Below, piece by piece: positions 4,687-5,521 of a stretch of 5,521 bases of DNA (positions are counted from its first letter, which is position 1; every line of letters starts with the position of its first letter). The stretch lies in the UHGV virus genome UHGV-0380108. The stretch is one strand, 5' to 3'. The stretch comes from a virus. The notes under the pieces were generated by a model. It saw nothing but the letters and a program-made list of their open reading frames with translations. It searched no databases and was not told the origin of the DNA. A program made the translations under genes and the position numbers.

Positions 4687-5521
4687 ATGGACTTCAAAAA
4701 ACTACTAGAACTACTCGAGAAAGGAAGCAGCATGATGAACCCTATCTCAGGTATCATTGGCAACGCATCGGGAATTCTCAATATGCTAGGCATAGGCAGG
4801 AAAAAACAGATACAGCAGCAGAAAGAAATGGTGGAGAACGCAGCTCAAATAAACTACAAATACGGAGAAATGGCGGCGGAGAACGCGTTCGAAAGGCAGC
4901 AGGTGTTATATAACAGAACCTACCAAGACCAAAGCTACGCCAACCAAGTTGCACAAATGGATGCGGCAGGATTATCTCCCGGCCTAATGTACGGCAAAGG
5001 AGGTGCCGGAGGCGGAGGCGCCGGTTCAACAACAGGTGCTCCAATAGGAGCAACAGGAGCTGCCGGTGCAGGAGCAGCGGCCGATCCAAACATGCAGCTG
5101 CAGGCACTGATGTCCCTGCGACAAATACGAATGAATGAACGGAAGAATGAAGCGGAAATCAATCTGCTCAATACGCAGGCAGAGGCACTCAAGGCGGAGG
5201 CAGGCAAGAACCAGGAGGAAACCCAGTCAATAATTGAAAAGAGACTATGGGAAGTAAAGCAAGAGATGTTTAAAGGATGGAAAGGCTTCATCGATACAGC
5301 GAACCAACTGTGGGATCAGATGGTAAAATGGCAGCCCACAGAAAAGGTAACAATCGACGGCAAGGAGGTAGAAGTACCGAAATACTTCGAAATAGAAGAT
5401 GATAAATTCGGGAAGATCATATTTGGAGAGGAATCATTTCAAGGCGGCATGATGAAGGCCGAAAAGCAAATCCTCGAGGGAACAGCAGCAATTAAAACTC
5501 TAGAAAGCATATACGCAGACG
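4687..5521 (+). CDS. DNA pilot / minor capsid protein (Microviridae VP2, phiX174 H-like), 5' portion (278 codons), running off the 3' end of the window
   Basis: No stop occurs in frame 1 from ATG 4687 to the window end. The translation MDFKKLLELLEKGSSMMNPISGIIGN...QIQQQKEMVENAAQINYKYGEMAAENAFERQQVLYNRTYQDQSYANQVAQMDAAGLSPGLMYGKGGAGGGGAGSTTGAPIGATGAAGAGAAADPNMQ... carries the gokushovirus-VP2 hallmarks I recall: a Q-rich segment, AGL(N/S)PxLMYG and a Gly/Ala-rich linker, followed by a coiled-coil-like E/K/Q-rich region. The ORF is missing from the supplied track only because it lacks a stop inside the window. Confidence 0.8.
   Translation, partial: MDFKKLLELLEKGSSMMNPISGIIGNASGILNMLGIGRKKQIQQQKEMVENAAQINYKYGEMAAENAFERQQVLYNRTYQDQSYANQVAQMDAAGLSPGLMYGKGGAGGGGAGSTTGAPIGATGAAGAGAAADPNMQLQALMSLRQIRMNERKNEAEINLLNTQAEALKAEAGKNQEETQSIIEKRLWEVKQEMFKGWKGFIDTANQLWDQMVKWQPTEKVTIDGKEVEVPKYFEIEDDKFGKIIFGEESFQGGMMKAEKQILEGTAAIKTLESIYAD

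Noticed and set aside
4611-4913. 100-aa highly basic + strand ORF (GTG start) spanning the intergenic region and the VP2 5' end in another frame
   Set aside because: It begins inside the hairpin/palindrome/promoter region, uses a GTG in a non-coding context, and overlaps the well-supported VP2 start. The Arg-rich composition is the usual out-of-frame artefact of A/G-rich codons.
6-5291. All minus-strand ORFs in the track (e.g. 6..206, 401..676, 1236..1661, 1642..1854, 1867..2199, 2680..3030, 3060..3338, 3919..4221, 4083..4556, 4778..5107, 4935..5291)
   Set aside because: They are F/S/L/C-rich or Pro/Ala-rich translations, as expected from the antisense of an A-rich (or locally GGN-rich) coding strand. 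Each fully overlaps a strongly supported + strand gene. Microviridae genomes are transcribed from one strand only.
1-5521. Searched for tRNA/rRNA genes, CRISPR repeats, terminal inverted repeats/IS elements, and integrase or toxin-antitoxin-like ORFs
   Set aside because: No cloverleaf-compatible segments, no spaced direct repeats, no inverted terminal repeats and no additional long ORFs were seen. Core microvirus genes plus small packed ORFs account for the whole window.

Overview
The window reads as a compact ssDNA phage genome of the Microviridae type (gokushovirus-like), with every credible gene on the + strand and almost no non-coding DNA. Recognisable core genes are: (1) a rolling-circle replication initiator (VP4/A-like, 414..1682, GTG start, 422 aa) carrying the three HUH-superfamily motifs; (2) a 682-aa jelly-roll major capsid protein (VP1/F-like, 2156..4204); (3) a DNA-pilot/minor capsid protein (VP2/H-like) that starts at 4687 and runs off the 3' end of the window. 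That last reading frame is exactly continuous, across a circular junction, with the ORF that is already open at base 3 and stops at 374. So the 5,521-nt window is most simply read as one complete circular genome linearised inside the VP2 gene. Between the core genes sit three small ORFs: a 56-aa single-transmembrane-helix protein whose start overlaps the Rep stop (ATGAATGA, 1675..1845, absent from the supplied ORF track), a 101-aa hypothetical (1847..2152) and a 107-aa hypothetical, possibly scaffold-like (4209..4532). The only sizeable non-coding stretch (4533..4686) carries a perfect 11-bp G6/C6 hairpin followed by a 14-bp palindrome and AT-rich promoter-like sequence. The Rep protein has an unusual ~190-aa C-terminal extension. 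It begins at an A8 homopolymer and has a more protein-like alternative-frame ORF running through its low-complexity basic segment. I saw no tRNA, rRNA, CRISPR array, IS/transposon ends or integrase. All minus-strand ORFs look like antisense artefacts of an A-rich coding strand.
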